Positions 30,725 through 42,157 of a DNA stretch of 64,000 nt are shown one piece after another; within the stretch, counting starts at the first letter, position 1; the number at the start of each line of letters is the position of its first letter. The DNA lies in assembly GCA_965197475.1 (NCBI GenBank), contig CBDANF010000003.1, forward strand, positions 1,856,001 through 1,920,000, written 5' to 3'. A model generated the notes under the pieces. The model was not told the origin of the DNA. It did not search any database and was given only the letters and a program-made list of their open reading frames with translations. A program made the translations under genes and the position numbers. This DNA is from Candidatus Poribacteria bacterium (lineage in GTDB: Bacteria > Poribacteria > WGA-4E > WGA-3G).

Positions 30725-32868
30725 TCTGGCACCTGAAACAGTGATTCGTCAAGTTCAGTGTTCAACTTCACACTACTGACGCGGTTTTCGGTGTAAAGCT
30801 CACCATCTACATTTTGGATAACATGGTGCGCTATTTTCACACCACCAACTTCGCGAAAATCAGAATAAATAGTTTCTTTGTCCATTGTCACACCTTGTTC
30901 TGTTTCGCGAAATGCTAACTTAATCACATAATGTGTTTCTTCACTGATATAGACCTTGACCATTTCACCTGAAGGTTGTTTCACAAGTAAAACAGCTGTG
31001 GGCTTTCCGAGCACATCTTCTGTTCCCGTATATTGAGCTGCCGTACCGTTCTCTGTAAGATTTATTAGGAGTGGAATCGTGTCTTTGAATAGAGCATCTT
31101 TGAGTGAGGTGGTCATTTCTGGAGGCATAGATTGCGCGCCCATGGCGGACACAGCAAAGGCAGCTTTACCATCAAAAATGATACTGACTTCGCCTTGAGG
31201 GGTGGAAATATCTTGTCGCATTTTATTCGGATAGATCTGATATAATACAACTTTTAAGTCCATTGGTCCCATAGGTGTATTAACAGTGACCTGTGCATCT
31301 GAAACAACATTTTTCACCATTTTCAACTTTTCAATTCCACCGTATGCATCCACAGCTGCAGCAACGATTTCCTTGGCTTTTGCAACGTCAGTCTCATTAG
31401 CTTCAGGGATCGGTTCTGCAGGTAGTGGTTCAGGTTGCTTAATATTAATTTCATTTACTTCACCAAATTCACTTAACGGTCGGTCAAAGTTATCTTGGTT
31501 TCCGACAGTGACGATTGTAAGCGCATCAGGGTGAAGATATTTTTTTGCGACTTCCTGCACATCCTCCACAGTAACCTTCGCGATATTGTCTGTAAAGGTT
31601 TCAAGGAAATCAGGTGCGAACCCACGATAGTCAAGTATCATCTGCTGAAAAGCGATTTGCGAACTGCTCTCGAAACCGAACACGAACGAATTGATCAGCG
31701 AATCTTTGGTACGCTGCAGTTCATCATCCGTAACCGGAGTTTTCCGTAAGTCGCGGACGATGTTGATGATAAGCGAGATAGCTTCAGCAGTTTTTTCAGA
31801 GCCTGGTTGGCAATATGCAAACCATTCGCCTGGGTTCGAATATAAACTTGTCTGCATGAGACTGCCCACCATGTAAGCAAGACCGTGCTTTTCGCGCACT
31901 TCCATCATCAAGCGAGAAGTAAAACCACCTTCTCCGAGAATATCATTCATCACACGGAGTGCAAAAAAGTCAGGAAAATCAGGGGTACGCATGATACCAA
32001 AATGTCCAATCAACATTGTTGTCTGCGGTAGATCCTTAGAGATATGGTTGACAGAAGGTTTAGGAACGTTTTCAACCGCAAGTATGATTGGAAAATCTAT
32101 CTCAGTCTTTTCCCAACCTTCAAACACTTTCTTAAGTTGTGCGATCAACGTTTCTGTGTCAAAATCGCCGGTAATCGCAAGCATCATGTTATTGGGATGG
32201 TAGTATTTGGCATGAAAAGCCTTGAGATCCTCTACTGTGATACTCTCAACATGGTCTATTTCAGAATACCATCCGAACGGATGATCTTTTCCGTAAAGAA
32301 TCTCGGAGAAGTTTCGCCATGCTAATTGGATGGGATTGTCATTCCGTCTACGTATTGCTTCAATGGCTTGCTGTTTTCGAAGTTCTAATTTATCTTCACG
32401 GAACGCGGGGTTTCGTAGCACGTCAGCGAAGATTTCTAATCCCTTTTCAATATCCTCCGCCATCGTTGAAAGGCTGATCGAACCGTATTCGGCAGACATG
32501 CTTATTTCAACAGAAGCTGCCATAGATTCGAGTTCTTCGTTCAATGCATCCGGTTCACGGGATACTGTGCCGCCCATTCGCATGACACTCGCGAAAATAG
32601 AGGCTAATCCCACCTTGTCACTTGAATCATAGATAGTGCCTGTCCTAACAAGTCCACTAATGTCAAATACCGGTAATTCGTGGTCCTCAAGAAGGTATAA
32701 CACCATTCCGTTGGAAAGTTCATGTTTTTGTGGTACCGGTGGCTTAAACTGAATGGGTTCAAATGTCAGTTCTTCATGAGGTTTTGCACAAATTGGCATG
32801 CTGCCCAAAACAATAAAACAGGCGATGAGTATACTGATGAAAAGTTTAGTTGTGATCTGTTTCTGCAT
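30721..32868 (-). CDS. M16 peptidase non-catalytic subunit with C-terminal extension
   Basis: LSNGMVLYLLEDHELP, ILGEGGFTSRL..VREKHGLAY; no HxxEH. Confidence 0.88.
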   Translation of the reverse strand: MQKQITTKLFISILIACFIVLGSMPICAKPHEELTFEPIQFKPPVPQKHELSNGMVLYLLEDHELPVFDISGLVRTGTIYDSSDKVGLASIFASVMRMGGTVSREPDALNEELESMAASVEISMSAEYGSISLSTMAEDIEKGLEIFADVLRNPAFREDKLELRKQQAIEAIRRRNDNPIQLAWRNFSEILYGKDHPFGWYSEIDHVESITVEDLKAFHAKYYHPNNMMLAITGDFDTETLIAQLKKVFEGWEKTEIDFPIILAVENVPKPSVNHISKDLPQTTMLIGHFGIMRTPDFPDFFALRVMNDILGEGGFTSRLMMEVREKHGLAYMVGSLMQTSLYSNPGEWFAYCQPGSEKTAEAISLIINIVRDLRKTPVTDDELQRTKDSLINSFVFGFESSSQIAFQQMILDYRGFAPDFLETFTDNIAKVTVEDVQEVAKKYLHPDALTIVTVGNQDNFDRPLSEFGEVNEINIKQPEPLPAEPIPEANETDVAKAKEIVAAAVDAYGGIEKLKMVKNVVSDAQVTVNTPMGPMDLKVVLYQIYPNKMRQDISTPQGEVSIIFDGKAAFAVSAMGAQSMPPEMTTSLKDALFKDTIPLLINLTENGTAAQYTGTEDVLGKPTAVLLVKQPSGEMVKVYISEETHYVIKLAFRETEQGVTMDKETIYSDFREVGGVKIAHHVIQNVDGELYTENRVSSVKLNTELDESLFQVPE

Positions 32869-34385
32869 TATTCACTGTCCTCCTCGTTGCTACTTTCAGA
32901 TGACACGGATTCCTTCTTAACGAGTGTAGCTACGGTACGGTTGCTCTTTTTAAAATAGGTTTGTGCGACCCTCATGATGTCATCGGGCGTAATCTCATAC
33001 ATCTTTTTTCGCCAATTGAGTATGTACCGCCAATCTCCAGCTATACCTTCGTAGAAAGCGAGTTGATTTGCCATTCCGGCGTTTGAGCTGAGGTCGCGGA
33101 TGAACCCAGCGTCAATTTGTTTAAGGATACGTTTAAATTCCTTTTCCGCAACGGGTTCGGTTTTTAGTTTTTCGAGTTGAGCATAGATTGCCTCCTCTAC
33201 TTCAACTGTCGTATTTGGTGAGCGAGGCGTAGCACTAACTACGAATAGATTATCGTAACGTGCACCAGGGTACCCATTTATTGAATCAGCAGAGACGGCT
33301 ATGCCTTCTTCAACGATATTTTTATAAAACCGGGATGTCCGTCCATCCGAAAGGATAGCACTAATCATGTCCAGAACGTAATCGTCAAAATGCGGGATTG
33401 TCGGTTTATGAAATCCAATCATCATCTGTGGTTCAGCGTCAAATTCTACCTCAATCCTGCGTTCCCCTTCCTGAGTAGGTTCTTGCACAGTAACTTCATC
33501 GGGGAGCGGTTGCGATGGAATATCACCAAAATATTTTTCAATCAGTTTGATGGTTTTTTGGACATCAATATCTCCGACAATAACCATCACTGAATTATTT
33601 GGTGCATAATGGATGCGGAAGAATTCTTCTGCTTTTTTTCTATTGAGCATCGCTATGTCGGAAGGCCATCCGATAATTGGCATTCCGTAAGGGTGCGCCG
33701 TGAAAGATGCAGCGATAAACTGTTCGTATAGTTTGCCACCAGGACGCGTATCCACAGCCATCCGGCGTTCCTCTTTGACGGCTTCGCGTTCGACATAAAA
33801 TTGACGAAGTACAGCGTTTTTAAGTCGGTCAGATTCAAGCATTGCCCACAATTCTAATTTGTTAGATGGTAGTTCGACCGTATAAATCGTATAGTCCACT
33901 GAGGTACCCGCGTTGAATCCGGTACTACCGTGTTGGGTATAGATTTCGGTATATTCGCTAGAGACGACCCATTCCTTGGCGATTTCCTGTTGTGCTTTAA
34001 GTGCTTCTTCCAATTCGGTAATTTTTGCTGCGTCTGCCCTTGCACCTTTGGCACGCTCCATGTCAAGCGCGTCACCAATTTTATCTATTTCAGCCAGCAC
34101 AACTTTTTCTTTTTCATAGTCTATTGTGCCGATTGTTTTAGTCCCTTTAAACAGCATGTGTTCAAGCATGTGTGCAATGCCACGCGCATCGTCAGATTCA
34201 TCTACGGAACCTGCTTTGAAAAGAATGTAAGGCGCGACAGTGGGAGAGGTGTGACGTTCAATCATCAACAGTTTTAAACCGTTGGGGAAAGTATGTTCCA
34301 CCACCCGGTCTGCAAGATTTTGTGCTGATGCTATTCCGTGCAATGCAACAAAGAACAGAATCAGCAAATAACGTATCTGTTTCAT
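32868..34385 (-). CDS. M16 zinc peptidase catalytic subunit
   Basis: GIAHMLEHMLFKGT, NAGTS, EERR. Confidence 0.92.
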   Translation of the reverse strand: MKQIRYLLILFFVALHGIASAQNLADRVVEHTFPNGLKLLMIERHTSPTVAPYILFKAGSVDESDDARGIAHMLEHMLFKGTKTIGTIDYEKEKVVLAEIDKIGDALDMERAKGARADAAKITELEEALKAQQEIAKEWVVSSEYTEIYTQHGSTGFNAGTSVDYTIYTVELPSNKLELWAMLESDRLKNAVLRQFYVEREAVKEERRMAVDTRPGGKLYEQFIAASFTAHPYGMPIIGWPSDIAMLNRKKAEEFFRIHYAPNNSVMVIVGDIDVQKTIKLIEKYFGDIPSQPLPDEVTVQEPTQEGERRIEVEFDAEPQMMIGFHKPTIPHFDDYVLDMISAILSDGRTSRFYKNIVEEGIAVSADSINGYPGARYDNLFVVSATPRSPNTTVEVEEAIYAQLEKLKTEPVAEKEFKRILKQIDAGFIRDLSSNAGMANQLAFYEGIAGDWRYILNWRKKMYEITPDDIMRVAQTYFKKSNRTVATLVKKESVSSESSNEEDSE

Positions 34386-34564
34386 TTTTATATTACGGCA
34401 TTTTCACAATCAGTGCGATAAACTGACAATACCGCTCCTTTCTGTTTTTAAGCCTTCGGTGTTAAACCGGACGTTCAGTATTTTAAATATAGATTTTGGT
34501 GTGAAATCAAAACTACAAGTAAGAAAAAAGAAGCTCCGATGGAAAAATCGGAGCTTCCAATCTT

Positions 34565-34822
34565 TTACTCTTTCTGGAGGTCGCCGAGTAAACCAACCAA
34601 GGCAAATCTGATATGCGAGGAGAGGGCAGAATTTTCAGCACGAAGGTCTGCTCCTTCCTCGTCTGGATACATCACATGTGCCGCAACTGAGCGTTTAACC
34701 CAACGTTCCGCTCGGTCATCGTAAGGAATATATTTTTCTTTAGGGGCAGTGCAAGCAGGACATTCGTCAGGGGGTTCATCCGCTTCTTTCCACAAATAAC
34801 CACAAGCTGTACAAACAAACAT
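34565..34822 (-). CDS. Rubredoxin-like domain protein
   Basis: CTACGY..PDECPAC. Confidence 0.8.
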   Translation of the reverse strand: MFVCTACGYLWKEADEPPDECPACTAPKEKYIPYDDRAERWVKRSVAAHVMYPDEEGADLRAENSALSSHIRFALVGLLGDLQKE

Positions 34823-35112
34823 TACAAATTCCTTCCTTTTTTAGCACTTTGAAAGCGCGTTTATGGTAGTAATAAGATCAGATCGTGAATATTGCCATTG
34901 TAGCAAATTTCGTTTTGAAATGCAACGTTTAAATTATATAAGACTTAAACAATTTAGATTATTAGATTAGGTGATTTTAGTTGTTGACAGAGATATTCAG
35001 TTATATCTTTTTGTCTGAATCGCAGATTGTGCCTACAACAATATGAAGAATATGTAAGATGCACAGTGATCTGGCAGAAAGTTACACATCCGCTGAAAAT
35101 TGTCGGAACTCT

Positions 35113-35790
35113 CACTAATTGTCTGGCACATCGTTAATTTGCAAATCTTCAAAAGGTTTTCCATCAGCATCAGTAACCCGCAGTCGGTGATGTACTCCGT
35201 ATTGTATACAGTTCCCACTGTGTTATCAAATAGACCGAGAGCCAGCCTGTATTTTCATAAATGATGCCGGTTTGTTGCATCTGTACCATTGCTTTATCAA
35301 GCATTTTGTTTTTGCTGTAATGTTCAAGCTAAGCCGAGGTTGACATTTACTCGGTAACATTTGCACGAGAACTTGAATATTCTGGTGGAATAGAATTTAT
35401 CAACGCATCTGACATTTGAATGTAACGTTCTTTGTCGTTTGCATTCTTGCTTGCATCAGCGACTTGTTTCCAAAAATAGTCCAATGAAGAATTGGCAGAT
35501 ATGATACTTAAAGCCTACATTCCGCACTTGTTTTGACCAATTTTGGTATTTTTACGACAAACACGCGTCACGAAAGGATTCGCACAGGATAATGGAGATT
35601 TTGAGTTGTGAATTAAGAGTCCATTTTCCACTTGTCTTTTTCTCCTGTTCACCTGAAATTGCTTGCTCAATGTAAGGACCACGCAGGTTTGAGAAATAAA
35701 TACTGAAAATCGGAAATCAGAAGTGCGGAATGTAGGTTAAAGCATATTTGTAATTTCTTAATGCATCATCATAGAGTTCATTCGCAAGGA
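35113..35790 (-). pseudogene. Decayed 3' fragment of a third TPR-LamG paralog
   Basis: Close match to 38930-39135, continuing into sequence resembling the C-terminus of 43570-47427; frameshifts, an internal deletion and a MITE insertion. Confidence 0.8.
35514..35736. mobile_element. 223-bp MITE (IS1634-like ends, family inferred)
   Basis: Perfect 16-bp TIR CCTACATTCCGCACTT; 6-bp TSD TTAAAG; empty site visible in the paralog near 39085. Confidence 0.85.
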
Positions 35791-35824
35791 CAGCGGTTTT
35801 GTTTTCATTGATTTCTTCTCTCCA

Positions 35825-38800
35825 TTACCTATCATCTGGTTTGATTTTTGCTAAGATTTCCTTCCAATCCCACAAAATTAACGTGCCATCCTCAGAGCTG
35901 CTTGCCAACGTCATGCCATCATGAGAAAAAACTAAGGATGTAACATTAGTTGTATGTCCCAATGGTAAAGATAACAGTTCACTTCCCATTTCAGTATCCC
36001 ATAGTAAAAGTTTATCATCTCTGTCCACGGTAAGTAGGATGTGTCCTGCGGGTGAGAAAAGCAGGAGATCGTCATCACCTTTTGCCTTGAATTCATTGAT
36101 TGGAAGAATTTCTTTGGGTGGTGTGATTTCCCATATAACAATCACGTCACCTTTGGTTGCGAGCATAGTACTGTCACGAGAAAACGCTAACACTTCACCA
36201 CCTTCGGGTAATGTCGCAAGTTTTTCACGTTTTTCTATATTCCATACATGTGTAGGACGAAAATGTTTGCCGTTTATTGCAAGCATTGTACCATCAGGAG
36301 AGAATACCAATTTTGTGTCAGTTCCTGAATGTATCTGAACGTCTAATTTGAATAGTTCCTTTCCAGTTCTCACATCATATAAACGTACATCTTGCCATTG
36401 ATCTACACAAGCAAGGGTTTCGGTTGTTGGTGAAAATGCCATATTGATATTTAAGTTACTTTCCTCAAGTGTGAGAGAAGGAAGTGATTCTCCGCTTTCT
36501 AAGTCCAACAAAGTAATAGTGTTTCCAACTCGGGAGAACCTTAAAGCCCTCGGATTTGTTCTGTTGAAAACAATTTTTCCATCTGCGTTTTGAGCAGCAA
36601 AAAGTGTCGCTTGCGTAGATAAAGCAGTTGCCTTAGTAAGGTTAAGATTGTCAGGTATTCTCACAGATACTTCCTGTCCAGTTTTCACATTCCAATTCTG
36701 AACTGTGCCGTTCAACATAACACTGGACAATGTTGTGTCATCTTTAGAAAAAGCAATTGATTTGACCCATTTCGTGTGTTCCGTTGCAAGGGTAGAAATA
36801 CTTTTACCTGTGTTAGCATCCCATAGTTTAATTGTACCATCATCACTTGCACTGACAAGTGTCTGCCTGTCTGGAGAAAAAGCAAGCACAGAGACGTTAC
36901 TACGATGTCCATGGAAAGATACTTGTTTACTACCAGCACTGACATCCCATAATTTAATATTTCCGTATACGTCACCACTTGCAACAGTCCTATCTTCCAT
37001 AGAAAACGCCAAAGCGGATACCCATCCTGTGTGCCCAATCAATGTTCTCAGTTTTTTGCGAGATGCCACATCCCACAATTTGACCAGATTGTCTACTCCC
37101 GATGTAGCAAGCATCTTGCCATCCGTAGAAAATGCTAATGCTTGTATCCCTTGATACTTATGTCTATTATTTTTTTTGAACAAGTTGGAAAGAAACTCAT
37201 TTAGATAAAACTTTGAATGTCCTCCAAGAACATCTAACCTCTTTCCAGTGTCTGAATCCCACAAGCTGATTTTTCCATTATAGTGTCCGAGAGCAAGTGT
37301 GCTTGTGTCACTATGAATTGCTGCTGTTGTTGACTGATCAAGATAACGGTGGTCTGTAAGTTCATCACCGGTTTTGACATCCCAATGTGCGATGGAAATT
37401 GAAATGTGGCTACTAACACCCAATAGTGTTGTTCCATCTTTAGAAAATGCTAATCCCACATTTGAGGCATAGTTATATCTTGAAGCCGCAAATCTATCCT
37501 GTTCATCTGTAGAAGGTCGAAGGGAAGAGATCTCCATTCCTGTTTTTGGATTCCAAAAATGAATAATATTATTGTCATACCCACTGCTTGCGAGGATATT
37601 TCCATCTGGTGAAAACGCCAATGCGTTGACCTGCTTCGGATAAACCATCCTCATGATGTTTTCATTACCAGTGCCTATATCATATACCCACACTCCGATA
37701 CTTGTTCCCACAGTAAGCTGCGAACCGTCAGGTGAAAATCGCAAGGTGTTGATGCCACCCCTTCCAAGTCGTCTTATTGCTTCGGGAAATAGAGCAGCAC
37801 GCGCGTTGTCACCAGTTTCTACGGGTGGAATACCAATATCAATAACCAACCATGATCTTCCCTTCATCAACCTGCGAATTGATGCAAAATCATCTATTGG
37901 ATTATTCTTGATATCAAGTTTTTCTAAGTTCTGGAAGTTCTCAACTATACTAATGTCACTGATATTGTTATTATCAAGTTTTAAAGACATAAGAATTATT
38001 AATTCAGCAAGCGGTGCTATTTCTTGGATTTGATTTCCACTCAGACTTAAGTGCCTAAGGTCTTTTATTCCTGCAAGTGGAGAAATATCGGTAATCCTGT
38101 TATTCGTTAACACAAAGTTGTACGGATGGCGCATATTTGACAGGGGTGTTATATCTGTGATTTTGTTATTACCGATTGTCAATATGTTCATCCTTGTCAT
38201 ACCTTCAAGTGCTGAAATGTCTTCAATCTGATTATGATCAATCCATAATGACCGTAGCTTTTTCATACCAGATAGTGGAGTAATATCAGAAATCTGGTTA
38301 TACATTAGGTCTAACGATGTAAGTTGTGTTAGTCCTGAGAGCGGGGTAATATCACTGATGTTAGTAGTGCCAAGATACAATCTTGTCAGCTGTGTCATTT
38401 CGTTGAACGGGGAAATGTCGCTAACTTTATTTCTTGCTATGGATAATTCCCTAAGTTCCGGCACTTGTGTAAGCGGAGAGATGTCTGATATATCATTATT
38501 ATACAGGTGCAAATTTGTAAGTTGTGGCAGCTCACCTAAAGCAGAAATGTCACTGATTTGATTGTCACCCATTGATATATACGTCAATTTTTTCAAACCT
38601 GCAAGTGGGGTTATGTCACTGATTTGATTAATATTTAACACTATACTGGATAACTCGACCGCATTCTCCAAACCTAATAAGTCCTTAATATCCTTTTGCG
38701 GGGCAGTTAATTCTGTCAATTCTGCAAGTTTCAACTTTGGAATTCTTGAATTGGGTCGCAATTCCAAAGCCTCACGTATCGCTGCTGCTAAATTCTCATC

Positions 38801-38878
38801 TGGTATTTCCACATATTCGCTGGATGAACAACCGTATACTACTGATAGAATCAGAAAAAGTGTCAATAGATATTTCAT
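35825..38878 (-). CDS. Lipoprotein with internalin-like LRRs and WD40 repeats
   Basis: VYGC lipobox; IPDENL cap; NQISDITPL repeats; GH..WD repeats. Confidence 0.92.
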   Translation of the reverse strand: MKYLLTLFLILSVVYGCSSSEYVEIPDENLAAAIREALELRPNSRIPKLKLAELTELTAPQKDIKDLLGLENAVELSSIVLNINQISDITPLAGLKKLTYISMGDNQISDISALGELPQLTNLHLYNNDISDISPLTQVPELRELSIARNKVSDISPFNEMTQLTRLYLGTTNISDITPLSGLTQLTSLDLMYNQISDITPLSGMKKLRSLWIDHNQIEDISALEGMTRMNILTIGNNKITDITPLSNMRHPYNFVLTNNRITDISPLAGIKDLRHLSLSGNQIQEIAPLAELIILMSLKLDNNNISDISIVENFQNLEKLDIKNNPIDDFASIRRLMKGRSWLVIDIGIPPVETGDNARAALFPEAIRRLGRGGINTLRFSPDGSQLTVGTSIGVWVYDIGTGNENIMRMVYPKQVNALAFSPDGNILASSGYDNNIIHFWNPKTGMEISSLRPSTDEQDRFAASRYNYASNVGLAFSKDGTTLLGVSSHISISIAHWDVKTGDELTDHRYLDQSTTAAIHSDTSTLALGHYNGKISLWDSDTGKRLDVLGGHSKFYLNEFLSNLFKKNNRHKYQGIQALAFSTDGKMLATSGVDNLVKLWDVASRKKLRTLIGHTGWVSALAFSMEDRTVASGDVYGNIKLWDVSAGSKQVSFHGHRSNVSVLAFSPDRQTLVSASDDGTIKLWDANTGKSISTLATEHTKWVKSIAFSKDDTTLSSVMLNGTVQNWNVKTGQEVSVRIPDNLNLTKATALSTQATLFAAQNADGKIVFNRTNPRALRFSRVGNTITLLDLESGESLPSLTLEESNLNINMAFSPTTETLACVDQWQDVRLYDVRTGKELFKLDVQIHSGTDTKLVFSPDGTMLAINGKHFRPTHVWNIEKREKLATLPEGGEVLAFSRDSTMLATKGDVIVIWEITPPKEILPINEFKAKGDDDLLLFSPAGHILLTVDRDDKLLLWDTEMGSELLSLPLGHTTNVTSLVFSHDGMTLASSSEDGTLILWDWKEILAKIKPDDR

Positions 38879-38923
38879 AATTATTCCTATACATTTTATT
38901 CTGCCTTCATGAAATCTAAATCA

Positions 38924-41900
38924 TCAATTGGTAGACATTTGCACAAAACTTGAATATTCTGGTGGAATGGAATTTTTCAACGCATCTAACATTTGAATGT
39001 AACGTTCTCTGTCGTTTGCATTCTTGCTTGCATCAACGACTTGTTTCCAAAAATAGTCCAATGAAGAATTAGCAGATATGATACTTAAAGCGTATTTGTA
39101 GTATCTTAAAGCATCATCATAGAGTTCATTCGTAATATACGCATGTCCAAGTGTCATGGGGTAGTAATAACTCGTCCCCGTATCCCCTTGTAACGCACGT
39201 TTCGCATATTTTAGTGTTGTTTCTGGAAAGAGTCCTCTTTCAAGAAGTTCTTCAGCAAACCAACGTTGGTAATATGCACTCTGTCCGTTGACCTCTTTCT
39301 GTCGAAGTTTCAACCACTTAGCGTTGGCAATTTCAGCTTTATCGGAATCACCTATTTTATTGTAGAGATCCCCTAATATTTTGTGCAGGACCACACTCTC
39401 CTGCATTTTAGGTTCTATTTCTTCAAGGATAGCAACGAGTTTGTGCTCTTGTCCTTCGTTAGCGTAAAGTTCGTAGATAGCGCGAATTAATGAATTATGG
39501 GTAACTTGTCTGAAAGGTGCGTCTAATGCTTGCATATATACCGCTTCAGCATCAGAAATCTGGTTCTGTTTTATATATAGATTTGCTATCTTATTGTAGG
39601 ATTGGTATATTCTTGGCTCAAGTTCTATGACTTTTTCATAATAGGCTACTGCTTTTGTCAAGTACTCATTTTCTAAATTTGCCAAAATTGGACGGGTGTA
39701 AGGTTCAAGTTTGGCATTTCCAATGAGTTTGCCATCATTTTTATTCGGCGAACTATCGGAAATGCGTCCCTCCGTTTCTACGTCAAATTTCCAATATCCG
39801 ACCAAACCGGATTCATCTCCCTTCAACTGCTTGTTCATATCGGAACGAATCTGATTTTCTGTGCGCGCGATGTCCCAAATCCGCACTTCATCAATTAGTC
39901 CAGCAAAAGATGCGTGCTCAGATATTTCTTCTTCATGTGAACAACCGATGCGGAATGGCAGTGTGGTTTTACGTAAATTGTTCTGAAGTTTAAAGTTATT
40001 TCTTTGGACTTCAGAACCGTTGAGATATAACTTCATGATGTCATTTTTAGCATCAATGGTTCCCGCAACATGGTACCATTTATTTTTTTCAATCGTATTT
40101 GGCGGAGACCAAATAAATTTTTGTGGATGTCCGCCCGGGGATACATTAAAGAGAATTTTGCCTTCATCAAACAACCAAAGTGTGAATTGACGATGCGAAA
40201 TGTCCGGAATCCGTTTGTCACCTTTGAATAACACAGTCGTATAGGTGTTTAGAAAATCTGTGGGTTTGATCCATGCAGAAATCGTAACTTGTTCGGAGAT
40301 ATTGTTAATGATCTCGCTGTCCACGATTTCGACGTAACTCCCATTTCCGTCTAAGTTTAGTGCTTTGCTTTCTATGACATCTACCTTACGATCCACTCTT
40401 TGCAACAGATCACCCAACTTTATGTACCACCAGGCATTTTCAGGTTGCAGTTTAGTAAGTTTTTGATACTGCTCAATTGCTTGTTTAATTTTATCTGTGG
40501 CTTCATAACTTTCAGCAAGTTGCAAGATTAGGTTGGGATCGTTTGGGTTCATCTCAACCTTCTTCAGTTGTTCTGGTATCCATTTTTCATAGAGTTTTCC
40601 TTCTTTGGCGATTTCACGGATTGCATTTTTTGCCCTATTTCGTGTGGCTGATTCCTGATATATATCATAAGCTTCTACGTAACGTTTTGTCTCACGGTAA
40701 CTTTTGGCAAGCATTTCGCGCAAAGTATCTTGAATCCTACTATTTGTATCGCTATCACTCTTATCAATCGCGGATTTGGATAGTTCAATTGCCGGTTCAT
40801 ACATCCTATTTTCAATGCAGATTGTTGCGAGCGCGCCAAGAAACCACACATTATCTTTTTCGCTATAGGATGCAAGTGCCTGTTTAGCTTGTTTGAGCAT
40901 CTCTTTGGCTAATTCAGGCTGTTTGTTTTTTTTCAATGCAGCCGCAGCATAATAGAAATAACGGACATCGTTAGATTCTGCTTTGCCAAGTGCTTCATAC
41001 ATTTCAGCAGATTTTTGATAATCCTTTTCATCCCAATATATTTTCGCCAATATTGTTCGTGCTACAGGATTCTCTTTATTTTCTCTAAGTTTACCTTCAT
41101 AATGTGTTTTTAACACTTCAAGTTTATCTTGGCTCTTGAAAGCACCAATCAATGAATCGCGTGCAGTCTCCAATTTGTATATCACTGTAATTCTTGCCGA
41201 AGTAAAGGACCTTCGTTTGCTGTTTGTATTCGAATTCGCCTCTGTTTCATAGGGTTCTATTACTGTGTCCATTTCACCGAGTTCCACATATACCTTGAGT
41301 AATTCCGCAGATATTTTTTCTTTCTCATAAGAACTAGTTGTCATAACGAGTGCACGCCTGTAGGCATTAACTGATTTTTCCAATTCGTCATTTTTGTAAA
41401 AGTATTCTGCACGTACTTTCTGCATCTCGAATGTGATTGTACCATCATCTTCTGCCTTTTGTAACTTCTCTTCTAAATTCCCATAATAACGATAGAAATT
41501 GAGCAATTGTCGTTCAATACTTTGCCTGTCCGAATCTGATGTGGAGGATAGAATGGCATTCTTCAATGCTAATTCAGCAGCATCTACGTCCTCATTGAAA
41601 AAATATAGTTTTGCAAGTTTGAGATATGTGTGTTTATCATCTTGTTCTAATTCAATAACTTTTTCATAGTTGGCGATGGCTGCGTCTACATTATCTTCGG
41701 CTGCATAAAGTTTTGCGAGTCGTGCGTAATGGACACCAACTTCCGGCTCCGCTTGGATATATGACTGAGCGAGTTCAAGTGCCTCGTTACGTTTGCCGGC
41801 AGCTTGTAAACTATTAATAAGCGCATCTTGATACTTTGTGTTTTCTGGGTCAACTTCAAGTAGTTTGCTCCAGGTTTGAGCAGCTTTTTCGTGCTGATTT

Positions 41901-42157
41901 ATGCGTGAGTAGAGTGTTGCAAGTTGTACACGATATTCAAAATCTTCAGGTAGCACTTTGACAATTCGTTCGTAGATTTCTATTGCTTTCTCTATTTGGT
42001 TTTGCTTCACGAATTCCTCTGCTTTTTTGACGAATTCTTGTACCATCACACGCTTTTCTTCGGTGCTCACCTCTTGGGATTCAAGTTGTGCAACGAAAGT
42101 AATAACTGAGATTAACATGAGAATGACTAAGAAAAAAGACAATTTTGATCGTGCCAT
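38924..42157 (-). CDS. Secreted TPR-repeat + LamG domain protein
   Basis: Signal peptide, TPR helices, TISAWIKP..WYHVAG..GLIDEVRIWD..GLVGYWKFD. Confidence 0.9.
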   Translation of the reverse strand: MARSKLSFFLVILMLISVITFVAQLESQEVSTEEKRVMVQEFVKKAEEFVKQNQIEKAIEIYERIVKVLPEDFEYRVQLATLYSRINQHEKAAQTWSKLLEVDPENTKYQDALINSLQAAGKRNEALELAQSYIQAEPEVGVHYARLAKLYAAEDNVDAAIANYEKVIELEQDDKHTYLKLAKLYFFNEDVDAAELALKNAILSSTSDSDRQSIERQLLNFYRYYGNLEEKLQKAEDDGTITFEMQKVRAEYFYKNDELEKSVNAYRRALVMTTSSYEKEKISAELLKVYVELGEMDTVIEPYETEANSNTNSKRRSFTSARITVIYKLETARDSLIGAFKSQDKLEVLKTHYEGKLRENKENPVARTILAKIYWDEKDYQKSAEMYEALGKAESNDVRYFYYAAAALKKNKQPELAKEMLKQAKQALASYSEKDNVWFLGALATICIENRMYEPAIELSKSAIDKSDSDTNSRIQDTLREMLAKSYRETKRYVEAYDIYQESATRNRAKNAIREIAKEGKLYEKWIPEQLKKVEMNPNDPNLILQLAESYEATDKIKQAIEQYQKLTKLQPENAWWYIKLGDLLQRVDRKVDVIESKALNLDGNGSYVEIVDSEIINNISEQVTISAWIKPTDFLNTYTTVLFKGDKRIPDISHRQFTLWLFDEGKILFNVSPGGHPQKFIWSPPNTIEKNKWYHVAGTIDAKNDIMKLYLNGSEVQRNNFKLQNNLRKTTLPFRIGCSHEEEISEHASFAGLIDEVRIWDIARTENQIRSDMNKQLKGDESGLVGYWKFDVETEGRISDSSPNKNDGKLIGNAKLEPYTRPILANLENEYLTKAVAYYEKVIELEPRIYQSYNKIANLYIKQNQISDAEAVYMQALDAPFRQVTHNSLIRAIYELYANEGQEHKLVAILEEIEPKMQESVVLHKILGDLYNKIGDSDKAEIANAKWLKLRQKEVNGQSAYYQRWFAEELLERGLFPETTLKYAKRALQGDTGTSYYYPMTLGHAYITNELYDDALRYYKYALSIISANSSLDYFWKQVVDASKNANDRERYIQMLDALKNSIPPEYSSFVQMSTN

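Noticed and set aside
37900-38700. Periodic ~66-bp repeats as a CRISPR array
   Set aside because: They are coding leucine-rich repeats
35340-39135. Repeat pair as a DGR template/variable region
   Set aside because: Differences are not adenine-specific, include indels, and there is no reverse transcriptase in the window
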